Of a DNA stretch of 64,000 nt, positions 38,483 to 47,446 are shown in pieces (the first letter of the stretch is position 1; each line of letters starts with the position of its first letter). The DNA is from Eubacterium sp. GTDB taxonomy: Bacteria > Bacillota > Clostridia > Oscillospirales > Acutalibacteraceae. Where the stretch lies: the NCBI GenBank assembly GCA_022511205.1, contig JAFLRY010000004.1, positions 24,202 through 88,201 of the forward strand, read 5' to 3'. Under the pieces are notes generated by a model that was not told the origin of the DNA, ran no database searches, and saw only the letters and a program-made list of their open reading frames with translations. The position numbers were made by a program, and so were the translations under genes.

Positions 38483-39140
38483 GCACCTGAACAGCGTTAA
38501 CGACGTTAAGATCTATTCCGTTTTTGATGATGCGTTTAAAAGCTACGGCAGGGTTCATGCAGGCTTTGATCTGAGCGAACTTACAGGCTATATGGAAAGC
38601 GAAACTGCCGTGCCGGAAAGCGGAAACGTTTACGTTCCCTCGGTTGAAGCGATGGAAAACACCGAGGCGTGCGATATTATTAGAAAAACAGTATACGGCG
38701 CTATGCCGATTCAAATCGGCTACTGCAACGGTAGGAATACCACGTATAACGGCTTTGAATATCACAAATGCAGTGAGATAAATATAGCCGTTACCGATTT
38801 TATGCTGGTGCTTGGGCACGTTTGGCAGATAGAAGATAATCAGTTTTTCGTGGGCAACGAAAGGGTTTTCTTCGTGCCGAAGGGAACTATGCTGGAAATG
38901 TTCCAGACAACGCTTCATTTAAGCCCCTGCGCGGTGAGCGACGAGGGCTTTAAGGATATCGTTATCCTTGCAAAAGGCACGAATACTCCTCTTGAAAGCC
39001 CGAAGCAGATCGTTACAGATGAGGATGCGCTCCTGCTTCAAAAGAATAAATGGGTCATCGCCCATAAAGATCGAGAGCCACTTGTTCGCCAGGGCGCGCA
39101 TATCGGGCTCATCGGCGAAAATAAAGAACTCAAATATTAA
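38475..39140 (+). CDS. Cupin-like protein of unknown function (DUF4867-like)
   Basis: 221 aa. The start overlaps the reductase stop (ATGCTTAA). Beta-rich with conserved His/Glu positions. The family assignment is from memory of DUF4867 proteins in sulfo-TAL clusters. Confidence 0.45.
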   Translation: MLKHLNSVNDVKIYSVFDDAFKSYGRVHAGFDLSELTGYMESETAVPESGNVYVPSVEAMENTEACDIIRKTVYGAMPIQIGYCNGRNTTYNGFEYHKCSEINIAVTDFMLVLGHVWQIEDNQFFVGNERVFFVPKGTMLEMFQTTLHLSPCAVSDEGFKDIVILAKGTNTPLESPKQIVTDEDALLLQKNKWVIAHKDREPLVRQGAHIGLIGENKELKY

Positions 39141-39155
39141 ACAAGGTGAAACAAA

Positions 39156-40490
39156 ATGAAATTTGAATGCGCATATATTCCAATCGGCGTGCCGACCTTT
39201 CATCTGGAATCAGCCCAAAGGGAATTTGAAAATTCAATATCAATGCTTAAAAGTGTGTGCGAGGATATAAAATATCCCGATGAAATGCTTCTTTCTATTG
39301 ATAAGCTGAAAGCGTTTCTCGATACGCTTGCTCCGCAGCTCGTTATCGTTCAGAATATCACGTTCGCAAACGCGGCGTATATCAGCGAGGTATTAAAGTA
39401 TTTCGACTGCCCCGTACTGCTCTGGACGCTCCGCGAGCCTGTTATTGACGGCGGCAGACTTCGCCTTAATTCGCTGACGGGCGCGTTTTCCGCGGCAAAT
39501 ACTATGGCGGCGCTTGGCAGGCATTTTGAATACGTGTTCGGTTCTCCCGCAGAGGAAAGCGTTCGGCAAAAGATAAAAGCGGTTGTTTCAGCTGCTAAGC
39601 TTAAGTCCGCAATGAAAGCGCTGAAGCTTGTTCAAATAGGTCACACTCCCCAGGGCTTCGGCTTCGGCAGAGCGAATGATAATGAAATGCTCAAAAACTT
39701 CGGCGTAACGCTCGATTCCATTGAAGCGAGGGAGCTTATCGACAAGGCAAAGGCATATACCGATGATGAAGCCGCCGAGTATCTTGAAAAGGCGGCAGGT
39801 TGCATAAACTGCCTGTCTGACATTCCCGAAAAAAACAGACTTGATTTCGCAAGGCTCTATAAGGCGTATTACGAATTCTGCCGCGATAACGGAGTGGGCG
39901 CGATAGCTTCCCGCTGTTGGCCCGATTTCTTCGTATCCTTCGGTACGCCCGTCTGCTCAGCGCTCGCAATGCTGAACGATCTCGGTATACCTGCCGCCTG
40001 TGAGGCAGACGCTTACGGCGCGCTTTCAATGTTCGCGGCGCAGTATTTAACGGGCAATCCCGCCTTTTTCGGCGATCCTGTTTCAATGGATGAGGGCGAA
40101 AACACTATCACTTTCTGGCATTGCGGTACCGCCGCCTGCTCTCTTGCCCGCGAGGATACGGGTGCCGTGGCGGACGTTCATTGCAACCGGAAGATAGGTC
40201 CTACCCTTGATTTCGGTTGCAAGCCCTGTGATGCCGCAACGATCATCAGAATCGGCAAAAAAGCAAACGGCGATTTTAGAATTTTCGTTTCTGTTGGCGA
40301 AATACTTGATAAGCCGAAGCAGTTTAACGGCACTTCGCTGGTGGTCAAAACGAAATCCAATGCCGCTGAGATCATCAACAGGGCGGTCAAGGACGGCTGG
40401 GAGCCGCACTTTGCCGTTAGCTACGGCAATATCAGCGAGGAAATGAAAGCCCTCGGCGGCATGCTTGGCATTGAGGTAGTTTGCTACTGA
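39156..40490 (+). CDS. L-fucose/L-arabinose isomerase-like sugar isomerase; candidate aldose-ketose isomerase of the pathway
   Basis: 444 aa. N-terminal Rossmann-like half and C-terminal ACEADAYGALS / FWHCG segments reminiscent of FucI-type isomerases. Operon context. Confidence 0.5.
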   Translation: MKFECAYIPIGVPTFHLESAQREFENSISMLKSVCEDIKYPDEMLLSIDKLKAFLDTLAPQLVIVQNITFANAAYISEVLKYFDCPVLLWTLREPVIDGGRLRLNSLTGAFSAANTMAALGRHFEYVFGSPAEESVRQKIKAVVSAAKLKSAMKALKLVQIGHTPQGFGFGRANDNEMLKNFGVTLDSIEARELIDKAKAYTDDEAAEYLEKAAGCINCLSDIPEKNRLDFARLYKAYYEFCRDNGVGAIASRCWPDFFVSFGTPVCSALAMLNDLGIPAACEADAYGALSMFAAQYLTGNPAFFGDPVSMDEGENTITFWHCGTAACSLAREDTGAVADVHCNRKIGPTLDFGCKPCDAATIIRIGKKANGDFRIFVSVGEILDKPKQFNGTSLVVKTKSNAAEIINRAVKDGWEPHFAVSYGNISEEMKALGGMLGIEVVCY

Positions 40491-41221
40491 TGATTGAAAA
40501 AATAATTTTTGAAATAATCGTTTTCCTTTCCAACATAATTCAGTGTATAACGGGCTTTGCGGGAACGGTGCTTGCCATGCCCTTTTCGGTTATGCTGGTG
40601 GGATACGATACGGCAAAGCCGATCCTGAATATCCTCGGCATTGCCGCGTCAATCGGCGTGTTGCTCGCCGATCGGAAGAGCGTTAATAAAAAGGAATTCA
40701 TAAAAATTATTTCCGTAATGTTCGCGGGAATTATTGCCGGAATGTTCCTTGCCTCATTCTTTAAAGGCAATGCCTCCATTCTTTATAAATTGCTTGGAAC
40801 GATCGTAATTATTTTTGCCCTCGTCAACGGCATAAAGTTTTTAAAGAAAAAGGAGAGCGCGGAGTTAAATCCGGTCGCCTCCTACGCGATTCTCATTGCG
40901 GCAGGCGTGGTTCACGGAATGTTCGTTTGCGGCGGTCCGCTTCTTGTAACCTACGCTTCAATGAAGCTCAGGGATACTAAGGAATTCAGGGCAACGCTTT
41001 CCGCCGTGTGGATAGTATTAAACACGGTGATCCTTTTCGGCGATATAGGAAACGGATATTTCAGCGGCGATGTCTTAATGCTTACCGCGATTTCCCTGAT
41101 AGTTCTCATTGGCGCAGTTTGGCTCGGCAACCTCATAAGCAAAAAGCTCAGCAAAAAAGTCTTTTTAGTTTTAACGTATATTCTTATGCTGATAAGCGGC
41201 ATATCTTTATTTGTAAAATAG
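40490..41221 (+). CDS. TauE/SafE (TSUP) family anion exporter; candidate organosulfonate exporter
   Basis: Roughly 7-8 TM helices with a two-fold repeat. Length and G-rich helices are typical of TauE/SafE. The ATG overlaps the isomerase stop (TGATG). Confidence 0.6.
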   Translation: MIEKIIFEIIVFLSNIIQCITGFAGTVLAMPFSVMLVGYDTAKPILNILGIAASIGVLLADRKSVNKKEFIKIISVMFAGIIAGMFLASFFKGNASILYKLLGTIVIIFALVNGIKFLKKKESAELNPVASYAILIAAGVVHGMFVCGGPLLVTYASMKLRDTKEFRATLSAVWIVLNTVILFGDIGNGYFSGDVLMLTAISLIVLIGAVWLGNLISKKLSKKVFLVLTYILMLISGISLFVK

Positions 41222-41307
41222 CCTGTGTTCAGCAGAGGCTTAGTAATAAATAATTATTTTTCAGACGAGCTTTGATCGCTTCGTCTAAATGAAAGGGGTA
41301 AAATTTA

Positions 41308-42735
41308 ATGGAAGAAAAAATGCAGACACACGGTATTAAATTTAAAGACAAGTTCGGCTACGCGCTGGGCGATATGGGCGGGCTTTTGTCCTTCTCACTT
41401 ATCGCGGCATTCCTGAATATGTTTTATACCGACGTTCTCGGAATCTCCGCCGGCGCGATAACCGTACTCATGATCGTCGCCAGAGTTTGGGACGCGGTGA
41501 ACGATCCTATCTGGGGCGCGTTTATCGATTCAAGAAAGCCCACTAAGCACGGACGTTTCAGACCTTATATCCTTTGGGCTTCGTTCCCATTGGCTGTGGG
41601 CGCGTTCCTGATGTTTTTCAAGATCCCGGGGCTTTCGGATAATCAGTATCTCATCTTTGCCTACATAACCTATATTTTCTACGGAATGATGTACACGGGC
41701 GTTAACATTCCCTACGGCTCACTTGCCTCCGTTATAACGGATGATGAGATCGAGCGTTCATCGCTTTCCATGTGGAGATCAATCGGCGCAGGCATCGGCG
41801 GTCTGCCGGCACAGATCCTGCTTCCGCTGGTGGTTTACTCAACGGTAGTTACTGCGGACGGCTCAAGCGCAAAGGTTCTTGATCCTACCAAGCTCTCCAT
41901 AGCCGTTGGCTGCCTTGCGGTTTTGTCAATAATCATATTCCTTGCGCATTTCAAGCTGACCAAGGAAAGAGTTCTGCTGCCACCTACCCAAAAGCAGAGC
42001 GATTTCAACGTTTTGCAAACGATCAAGGTACTTATCAAAAACAAGCCCTTCCTCATTCTCTGCGGCGTTTCAATGCTTCTCATCTGCTTCCAGATGTATA
42101 CCCAGACGGTTTACAACTATCTTTTCAAAAACTATTTTGAAAAGCCGGGTCTTTACAGCATAGTTACTATATGTACCTATCTCCCAATGGCAATGTTCCT
42201 GCCGATCATGGGCAAACTTATCAAAAAATACGGCAAAAAAGAGATATGTGCTGTTGGTCTCGGTTTCGCGGCGGCTATCAACGTTATCATGTATCTTGTG
42301 GGCTTTACGGCGGCTGCCTCAAATCCCTACATATTCCTTGGCCTCGTATTCTTATCGGGCGCAGGGCAGACCTTCCTTGTGCTTGAGGTTTGGGCGCTTG
42401 TTATGGACGTTATCGACTATCAGGAATTTCTTTCAGGCAGACGCGAAGAAGGCACTTCCTACAGCTTCTATTCATTCGCGAGAAAGCTTGGCCAAACCAT
42501 CGCCGGCGCCGGCGCTTCCGCGATACTCGGCTTCATTGGCTATGACGGCAAGCTTGCCACTCAGCCTCCCGAGGTTTTAACGAAGCTCTATGACGCGGCA
42601 ACCCTTGTTCCCGCTATCATTCTCGTGATCATGTTCGTTCTTACGGCCTTCTGCTATAAGCTTTCGAAGAAAGAGCTTGAAAAGCTTCATAATAATATTG
42701 AAATTATGAGGGAGAATAAGGAAAAAGGAATATAA
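41308..42735 (+). CDS. GPH-family (MelB/YihO-like) glycoside:cation symporter
   Basis: FGYALGDMGG and RVWDAVNDPIWG signature of glycoside-pentoside-hexuronide transporters. 12 TM helices. Confidence 0.8.
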   Translation: MEEKMQTHGIKFKDKFGYALGDMGGLLSFSLIAAFLNMFYTDVLGISAGAITVLMIVARVWDAVNDPIWGAFIDSRKPTKHGRFRPYILWASFPLAVGAFLMFFKIPGLSDNQYLIFAYITYIFYGMMYTGVNIPYGSLASVITDDEIERSSLSMWRSIGAGIGGLPAQILLPLVVYSTVVTADGSSAKVLDPTKLSIAVGCLAVLSIIIFLAHFKLTKERVLLPPTQKQSDFNVLQTIKVLIKNKPFLILCGVSMLLICFQMYTQTVYNYLFKNYFEKPGLYSIVTICTYLPMAMFLPIMGKLIKKYGKKEICAVGLGFAAAINVIMYLVGFTAAASNPYIFLGLVFLSGAGQTFLVLEVWALVMDVIDYQEFLSGRREEGTSYSFYSFARKLGQTIAGAGASAILGFIGYDGKLATQPPEVLTKLYDAATLVPAIILVIMFVLTAFCYKLSKKELEKLHNNIEIMRENKEKGI

Positions 42736-42738
42736 GCA

Positions 42739-45237
42739 ATGAAAGAAAATAAGATCCACGTTGCATACGGCTTTCACGTTAACTGCTATCATTCCTACAG
42801 GGGCGATACGAACGATAATCTCGGCTTCGGCTCGGATATCAGAATTATCAGAAAAACGATTGACGTTTTAAACAAATTCAACGAAGAGGGAATTCCCGTT
42901 AAGGCAACCTGGGATACGGAAAATTTCTTTTCCCTTGAGAAAATTCTGCCCGAATATGCCCCCGATATCATCGAGGGAATGAAGGAACGCGTTGAGAAAT
43001 ACGGCGATGAGAATATCATTATGGGCTACAACAACGGCGCGCTATCCGCTATGACGGAGGATGAGTTCTGCGCCTCCGTTGACCTTGCCGTAACGAATCC
43101 CGAGGGTTCGGGGCTTGCCGATATTTTCGGCACCTGTGAAAAGATCGTAAGACCGCAGGAGGTTATGTTCACTCCCTCGCAGGTAACACTTTATAATAAG
43201 CTTGGCGTAAAGGCGCTTTGCCTTTACTACAGCTGCGTTCCCTTTGACGCTTTCAGAACGATCGTTCCGAAGCTTCCCGATGAGATCGCCTTTAACCCGG
43301 TTACCTATACCTACAAGGGTGAGCGCATGACGATCATTCCCACCTACAGCAATTCCGACGTATGCGACGCGGGCTGTCTCAGAGCGTGGGTCAAGGAGCT
43401 TCACGCAAAGCAGGAGAGCGGCGAGATCAACAGCGATCTGTTCATTTTTATCAATATGGATGCGGACGGAATATTCTGGGAAACGCTGGATTTAGGACCG
43501 CTCACCGGCAAGATCGCCAATACGGACGGCATTCACGGCCTCGTTAAGGAGATCGCCGATCTGCCCTATATCGTTTACGATACGCCCGGCGGATATCTCA
43601 AAAACCACAAGCCGATCGGCAGTATTGAATTCACTCACGACACGGCGGACGGCAACTTTACCGGCTACGCTTCATGGTCCGAAAAGCCCTTCAACAGAAA
43701 AATCTGGACTTCCCTTGAGCGTGCCAGAGCAATGGCAAAGATCAACGCCGCCGAGGATAGGCTATCGCCCTCGTTTAAAGACAGAGTGCTTCTGCTTTCC
43801 ACCACCCATTTCGGTCTCGCAACGCCGGTCCTCAACATTCAAAGAGAGAAAACGGCGCTGGAGCTTGCCGAAAAGGTTGTTGAAGCAGAGCTTAAAGCCC
43901 TGCCCAAAGTTGAAAAGATCACGCTTTACAATATTTCAAGATCCAATTTCCAGTGCGTTCAGCTTAAGCTGAATGAAAAGATAGAGGACATCGGAAAGCT
44001 CACTGTTAAGGGCAGCGGGTTAAAGGATTGGTCGCTCATTCCAATGGATGATGAAACCTCCTCCGTTTTTGCAATGCTCAGGTTTGGCGCGGTTCGCGAT
44101 AAGTATGAGATCGAGATCACCCAAAACGGCAGAAGGAAGAAAAGGGAATTCTCAAACGTTGTTGCCAGCGATAAGTTGACGATGAAATTCTCCGTTCACG
44201 GCAATCTCTATGAGGTGTCGAGTGACGGCAAAATTCTCGGCGATGAGGAATTTTTCAAAAGCTTTATCACCTACGATAATAAGGAATATTCTTTTGATAA
44301 AAAGACTGCGACCGCGCTCAACTGCGCGGGGAGCGCAAACGGCGTTCGCGTGAGCGGAGAGATTCATCTTCCCGATGAACTTCACGCGGGGCATTTTGAG
44401 TATGATTTCTTTACGATTAAAAGCTCAAGCGCGGTGTTCGCGAGGATAAACGTACAGTACCCCTATACCTCTGAAAACACCTCAATTTCAACGGAGAATT
44501 CATCTCTCGGCAGATATTCCGATATGAAGTGGACCGAGGCGGTCCCGCTCCAAATAACCCCGAAGCTCAGCGGTGATATTTCAGTTGTTAAGCGCAATTT
44601 TATGGAGGACGTTTCAAGCTTCAGAACCCAGTCCTTCCCCGAATGTGACGACAAAAACGATCAGCTTGCTTCCTTTAATCATCAGCTTACGGGCGGATTC
44701 GTGGGGCTGACCGATGAAAACGGCGGTATCATTATCGCCAACGCGCGCCAAGTCCTCAATTCCATGGCACATTGCCCTATGCGCCTTGAAAAGGATAAGA
44801 CCGTTCGTATGAATCCATTCGGCACTTATTACGGAAAACAGCGCCACCACTGGGGCAGGGCGAAGGACGAGATCCTCGCCACCTACACGCTCGTTACTCC
44901 GCAGGGCAAATCGATAGCACCATCGTATAACGGCAACGCAGAAACGGCTATGCTGGCGTTTTACGCCGTAGATACTCCGATCCCCACAGACGATGAACGC
45001 AAAGAGATCAACGCCTTTGCGGACGGCTGTGTAGCGGTCGCTCCCGAGGGCGCGCTCGTTCAGGCGTTTTGCGGCGATAATGTTGTTATCAAAGCGGCGA
45101 ATGCGGACGGTGTTGACGAGAAAGACCTCAAAAGTCCCGTGCTTTCAGGCCTCAACGGCAACCTTATGAATTACATAGCAAAAGGCGCAAAAGCTATCAG
45201 CCATATAGTTGCAACCCAAATCAAAAACAGAAAGTGA
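42739..45237 (+). CDS. 832-aa cytoplasmic protein of unknown function with GH38/GH57-like features
   Basis: No signal peptide or TM helix. The N-terminal VAYGFHVNCYHSYRGD segment and the C-terminal NHQLTGGFVGLTDENGGIIIAN beta-sandwich-like region are reminiscent of the GH38/GH57/CE4 (beta/alpha)7 superfamily. Starts 3 nt after the transporter stop. Confidence 0.35.
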   Translation: MKENKIHVAYGFHVNCYHSYRGDTNDNLGFGSDIRIIRKTIDVLNKFNEEGIPVKATWDTENFFSLEKILPEYAPDIIEGMKERVEKYGDENIIMGYNNGALSAMTEDEFCASVDLAVTNPEGSGLADIFGTCEKIVRPQEVMFTPSQVTLYNKLGVKALCLYYSCVPFDAFRTIVPKLPDEIAFNPVTYTYKGERMTIIPTYSNSDVCDAGCLRAWVKELHAKQESGEINSDLFIFINMDADGIFWETLDLGPLTGKIANTDGIHGLVKEIADLPYIVYDTPGGYLKNHKPIGSIEFTHDTADGNFTGYASWSEKPFNRKIWTSLERARAMAKINAAEDRLSPSFKDRVLLLSTTHFGLATPVLNIQREKTALELAEKVVEAELKALPKVEKITLYNISRSNFQCVQLKLNEKIEDIGKLTVKGSGLKDWSLIPMDDETSSVFAMLRFGAVRDKYEIEITQNGRRKKREFSNVVASDKLTMKFSVHGNLYEVSSDGKILGDEEFFKSFITYDNKEYSFDKKTATALNCAGSANGVRVSGEIHLPDELHAGHFEYDFFTIKSSSAVFARINVQYPYTSENTSISTENSSLGRYSDMKWTEAVPLQITPKLSGDISVVKRNFMEDVSSFRTQSFPECDDKNDQLASFNHQLTGGFVGLTDENGGIIIANARQVLNSMAHCPMRLEKDKTVRMNPFGTYYGKQRHHWGRAKDEILATYTLVTPQGKSIAPSYNGNAETAMLAFYAVDTPIPTDDERKEINAFADGCVAVAPEGALVQAFCGDNVVIKAANADGVDEKDLKSPVLSGLNGNLMNYIAKGAKAISHIVATQIKNRK

Positions 45238-45244
45238 TGATACT

Positions 45245-46138
45245 ATGTCATTCGTAATAAAAGCAATGGGGAAATTCTGGGAGAGCAATTCCAAAAAGGA
45301 CGCAAGGCTTCGTGCCACCCAGACCGAGCCGGAGGGAATAGAGAGGATTTACGATATTCCCTATATTGATGACGGCGATAAATATCATCTGCTGGATGTT
45401 TACTATCCCGAAAACAGAGACGGAAATCTCCCCGTAATAATAGACGTTCACGGCGGAGGTTGGATGGCAAACGTTAAGGATTTCAACCGCCTTTATTGCC
45501 TGCACCTTGCTAAGAGGGGATACACGGTATTTAATATGAATTACCGGCTTGTTCCCTCCGTAACCGTTAAGGAACAGCTTCAGGACGTTGCCTGCGCCAT
45601 AAAATGGATAGGGGAGCATATGGCGGAATATCCCTGCGATACGGATAAGATAATGCTCACTGGCGATTCTGCGGGCGGTCAGCTTGCTTCTTACGCCGCA
45701 GTCATGATGAAGTGTGAGGAGCTTCGCCGAGTATTCGAAACTGTTGATTTTGATATGAAGCTTTCCGCCCTTGCACTTACTTCGCCCGTTGCCTATATGA
45801 ATAAATGCGGCGTTATGAGCATTTATACAAGGCAGATGTGGGGCGATTACAAAAATAGCGAACATGGCAAATATATGGATTTTGACGATATCGCTCATTT
45901 AGCACCGCTTCCGCCGACTTATCTTGTAACAAGCAGCGGCGATTCGATGGGCAGAAAAACCACACGCAGAGCGGCGGAGAAGATAAAGCAAACGGGAAGC
46001 GAATACAAGCTTCACGATTATCCCAAATATGAGGGAAAGCATCTTCCCCATGTTTTCGCCGTGCTTCGCCCCGAAAGCAAAGCCGGAAGCGAGCAGATAG
46101 ACGAGATGCTTGAATTTTTCAGAAAACATATTGGATAA
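45245..46138 (+). CDS. Alpha/beta-hydrolase esterase (HSL/Aes-like family)
   Basis: VHGGGW oxyanion motif and GDSAGG nucleophile elbow. The start is ambiguous: ATG 45245, or 45209 overlapping the previous gene. Confidence 0.7.
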   Translation: MSFVIKAMGKFWESNSKKDARLRATQTEPEGIERIYDIPYIDDGDKYHLLDVYYPENRDGNLPVIIDVHGGGWMANVKDFNRLYCLHLAKRGYTVFNMNYRLVPSVTVKEQLQDVACAIKWIGEHMAEYPCDTDKIMLTGDSAGGQLASYAAVMMKCEELRRVFETVDFDMKLSALALTSPVAYMNKCGVMSIYTRQMWGDYKNSEHGKYMDFDDIAHLAPLPPTYLVTSSGDSMGRKTTRRAAEKIKQTGSEYKLHDYPKYEGKHLPHVFAVLRPESKAGSEQIDEMLEFFRKHIG

Positions 46139-46140
46139 AG

Positions 46141-46176
46141 AAAATCCCCTGCGCAACGCGCAGGGATTTCTTTTTA
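46141..46176. terminator. Bidirectional terminator closing the operon
   Basis: aaaatcccctgcgc-aacg-cgcagggattt followed by CTTTTT. Lies between convergent genes. Confidence 0.65.
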
Positions 46177-46179
46177 TAT

Positions 46180-46647
46180 TTAGCGAAATTTTTCTAATCT
46201 ATATAACTGCTCATCATCAACGGTATCAACTCCGTTTTTATAACGGTAGCCCATTTTTTTATAAAATTCCACGGCTGTAATAGATGCGGGAATTTCAATG
46301 CGTTTTGCCCTTAAAAAGTATTCGTCCTGTTCAAGGGTTTCGATGATTTTTCTGCCGATTCCTTTACCCTGATATTCGGGCAATACGAATATTGTAAACA
46401 AACTGCTTTCATCTTCTTTACCCCAGTATGCGCCGATCCCGCCGCAACCGATAATTTTCTCATCTTCACAAACAACGTAAAAATGCACCCACGTTGCGCG
46501 CTCGATCAATTTCTTGGGCGTGAAAAAGAGAATTTCCTTTTCGATGAATTCAGGCGAATAATCCTTACTATTCGTTGTTCTTAAAGTTTTGGCAATCACC
46601 TCAGACAACTCTACGCTATCCTCATTTTTGAATCTTCTTATGATCAT
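46180..46647 (-). CDS. GNAT family N-acetyltransferase
   Basis: YQGKGIGRKII acetyl-CoA motif. I prefer the ATG at 46647 (MIIRRFKNED), preceded by AAAGGA. Confidence 0.7.
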   Translation of the reverse strand: MIIRRFKNEDSVELSEVIAKTLRTTNSKDYSPEFIEKEILFFTPKKLIERATWVHFYVVCEDEKIIGCGGIGAYWGKEDESSLFTIFVLPEYQGKGIGRKIIETLEQDEYFLRAKRIEIPASITAVEFYKKMGYRYKNGVDTVDDEQLYRLEKFR

Positions 46648-46654
46648 TCTAAAA

Positions 46655-47446
46655 TCATTCCTTTCTGAATATATCAAGTATATGGTTTGAGAGACCGACG
46701 CAGTCCTCGCGTTCGCATATCTTATAATGATACTCCATATAATCGGCAAATGTATCGTCATTCATAGCGTTTATCGCATCCATCATATAGCGGTGAAGTA
46801 TATCCGTGCCGACGTAATGAAGCCTTGTTACGTTGAAATCAGACATCAGCTTATCAATATCCTCTTTGCGTTGCGGGAAAAATAAGCCCTCAGGCACGGG
46901 CATAGCGTTAAAATCGCCGTCGATCAAACCCTTTTCTCTCAGTTCGTTTACAGTTCCCGTGATATAGTTCTGATGTATGAGAATATCAACGCCTACGTAG
47001 GCGCAGAATATCACGCCACCCTTTTTCGTAACTCTTATGGCTTCCGAAATAGCGCTTCGTCTGTCCTCCTCTTTGAACAGATGATACATTGGACCGAGTA
47101 GGAGCGTTATATCGTACTTGTTATCCTCAATGAAGCTGAGATCGCAGGCGTCGCCCTGAACCACCGTAACATTCTGCTCAGGTGTTATTTTGCTTTTGAA
47201 AACGTCTATATTGTGCGGGATGAGCTCCACCGCGTCAATGTTGTAGCCCTCGTCCGCAAGAGCGAGGGAATATCTGCCCGTACCCGCGCCGATCTCAAGT
47301 ATACTCATTCCCTTTTCAAGATATTTTTTAATGTATTTCATCGTAGTTATGAATTCAACGGAATTCGCCCTTGGCGCAAGTCTGCCATCCTCATCGTGGC
47401 TGTTATAATATTCGTTTAAAACTTCTATTTCCTTTTGTCTGTTCAT
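46655..47446 (-). CDS. Class I SAM-dependent methyltransferase
   Basis: ILEIGAGTGRYS motif I and the DITLLLGPMYHL region. 263 aa. Confidence 0.75.
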   Translation of the reverse strand: MNRQKEIEVLNEYYNSHDEDGRLAPRANSVEFITTMKYIKKYLEKGMSILEIGAGTGRYSLALADEGYNIDAVELIPHNIDVFKSKITPEQNVTVVQGDACDLSFIEDNKYDITLLLGPMYHLFKEEDRRSAISEAIRVTKKGGVIFCAYVGVDILIHQNYITGTVNELREKGLIDGDFNAMPVPEGLFFPQRKEDIDKLMSDFNVTRLHYVGTDILHRYMMDAINAMNDDTFADYMEYHYKICEREDCVGLSNHILDIFRKE

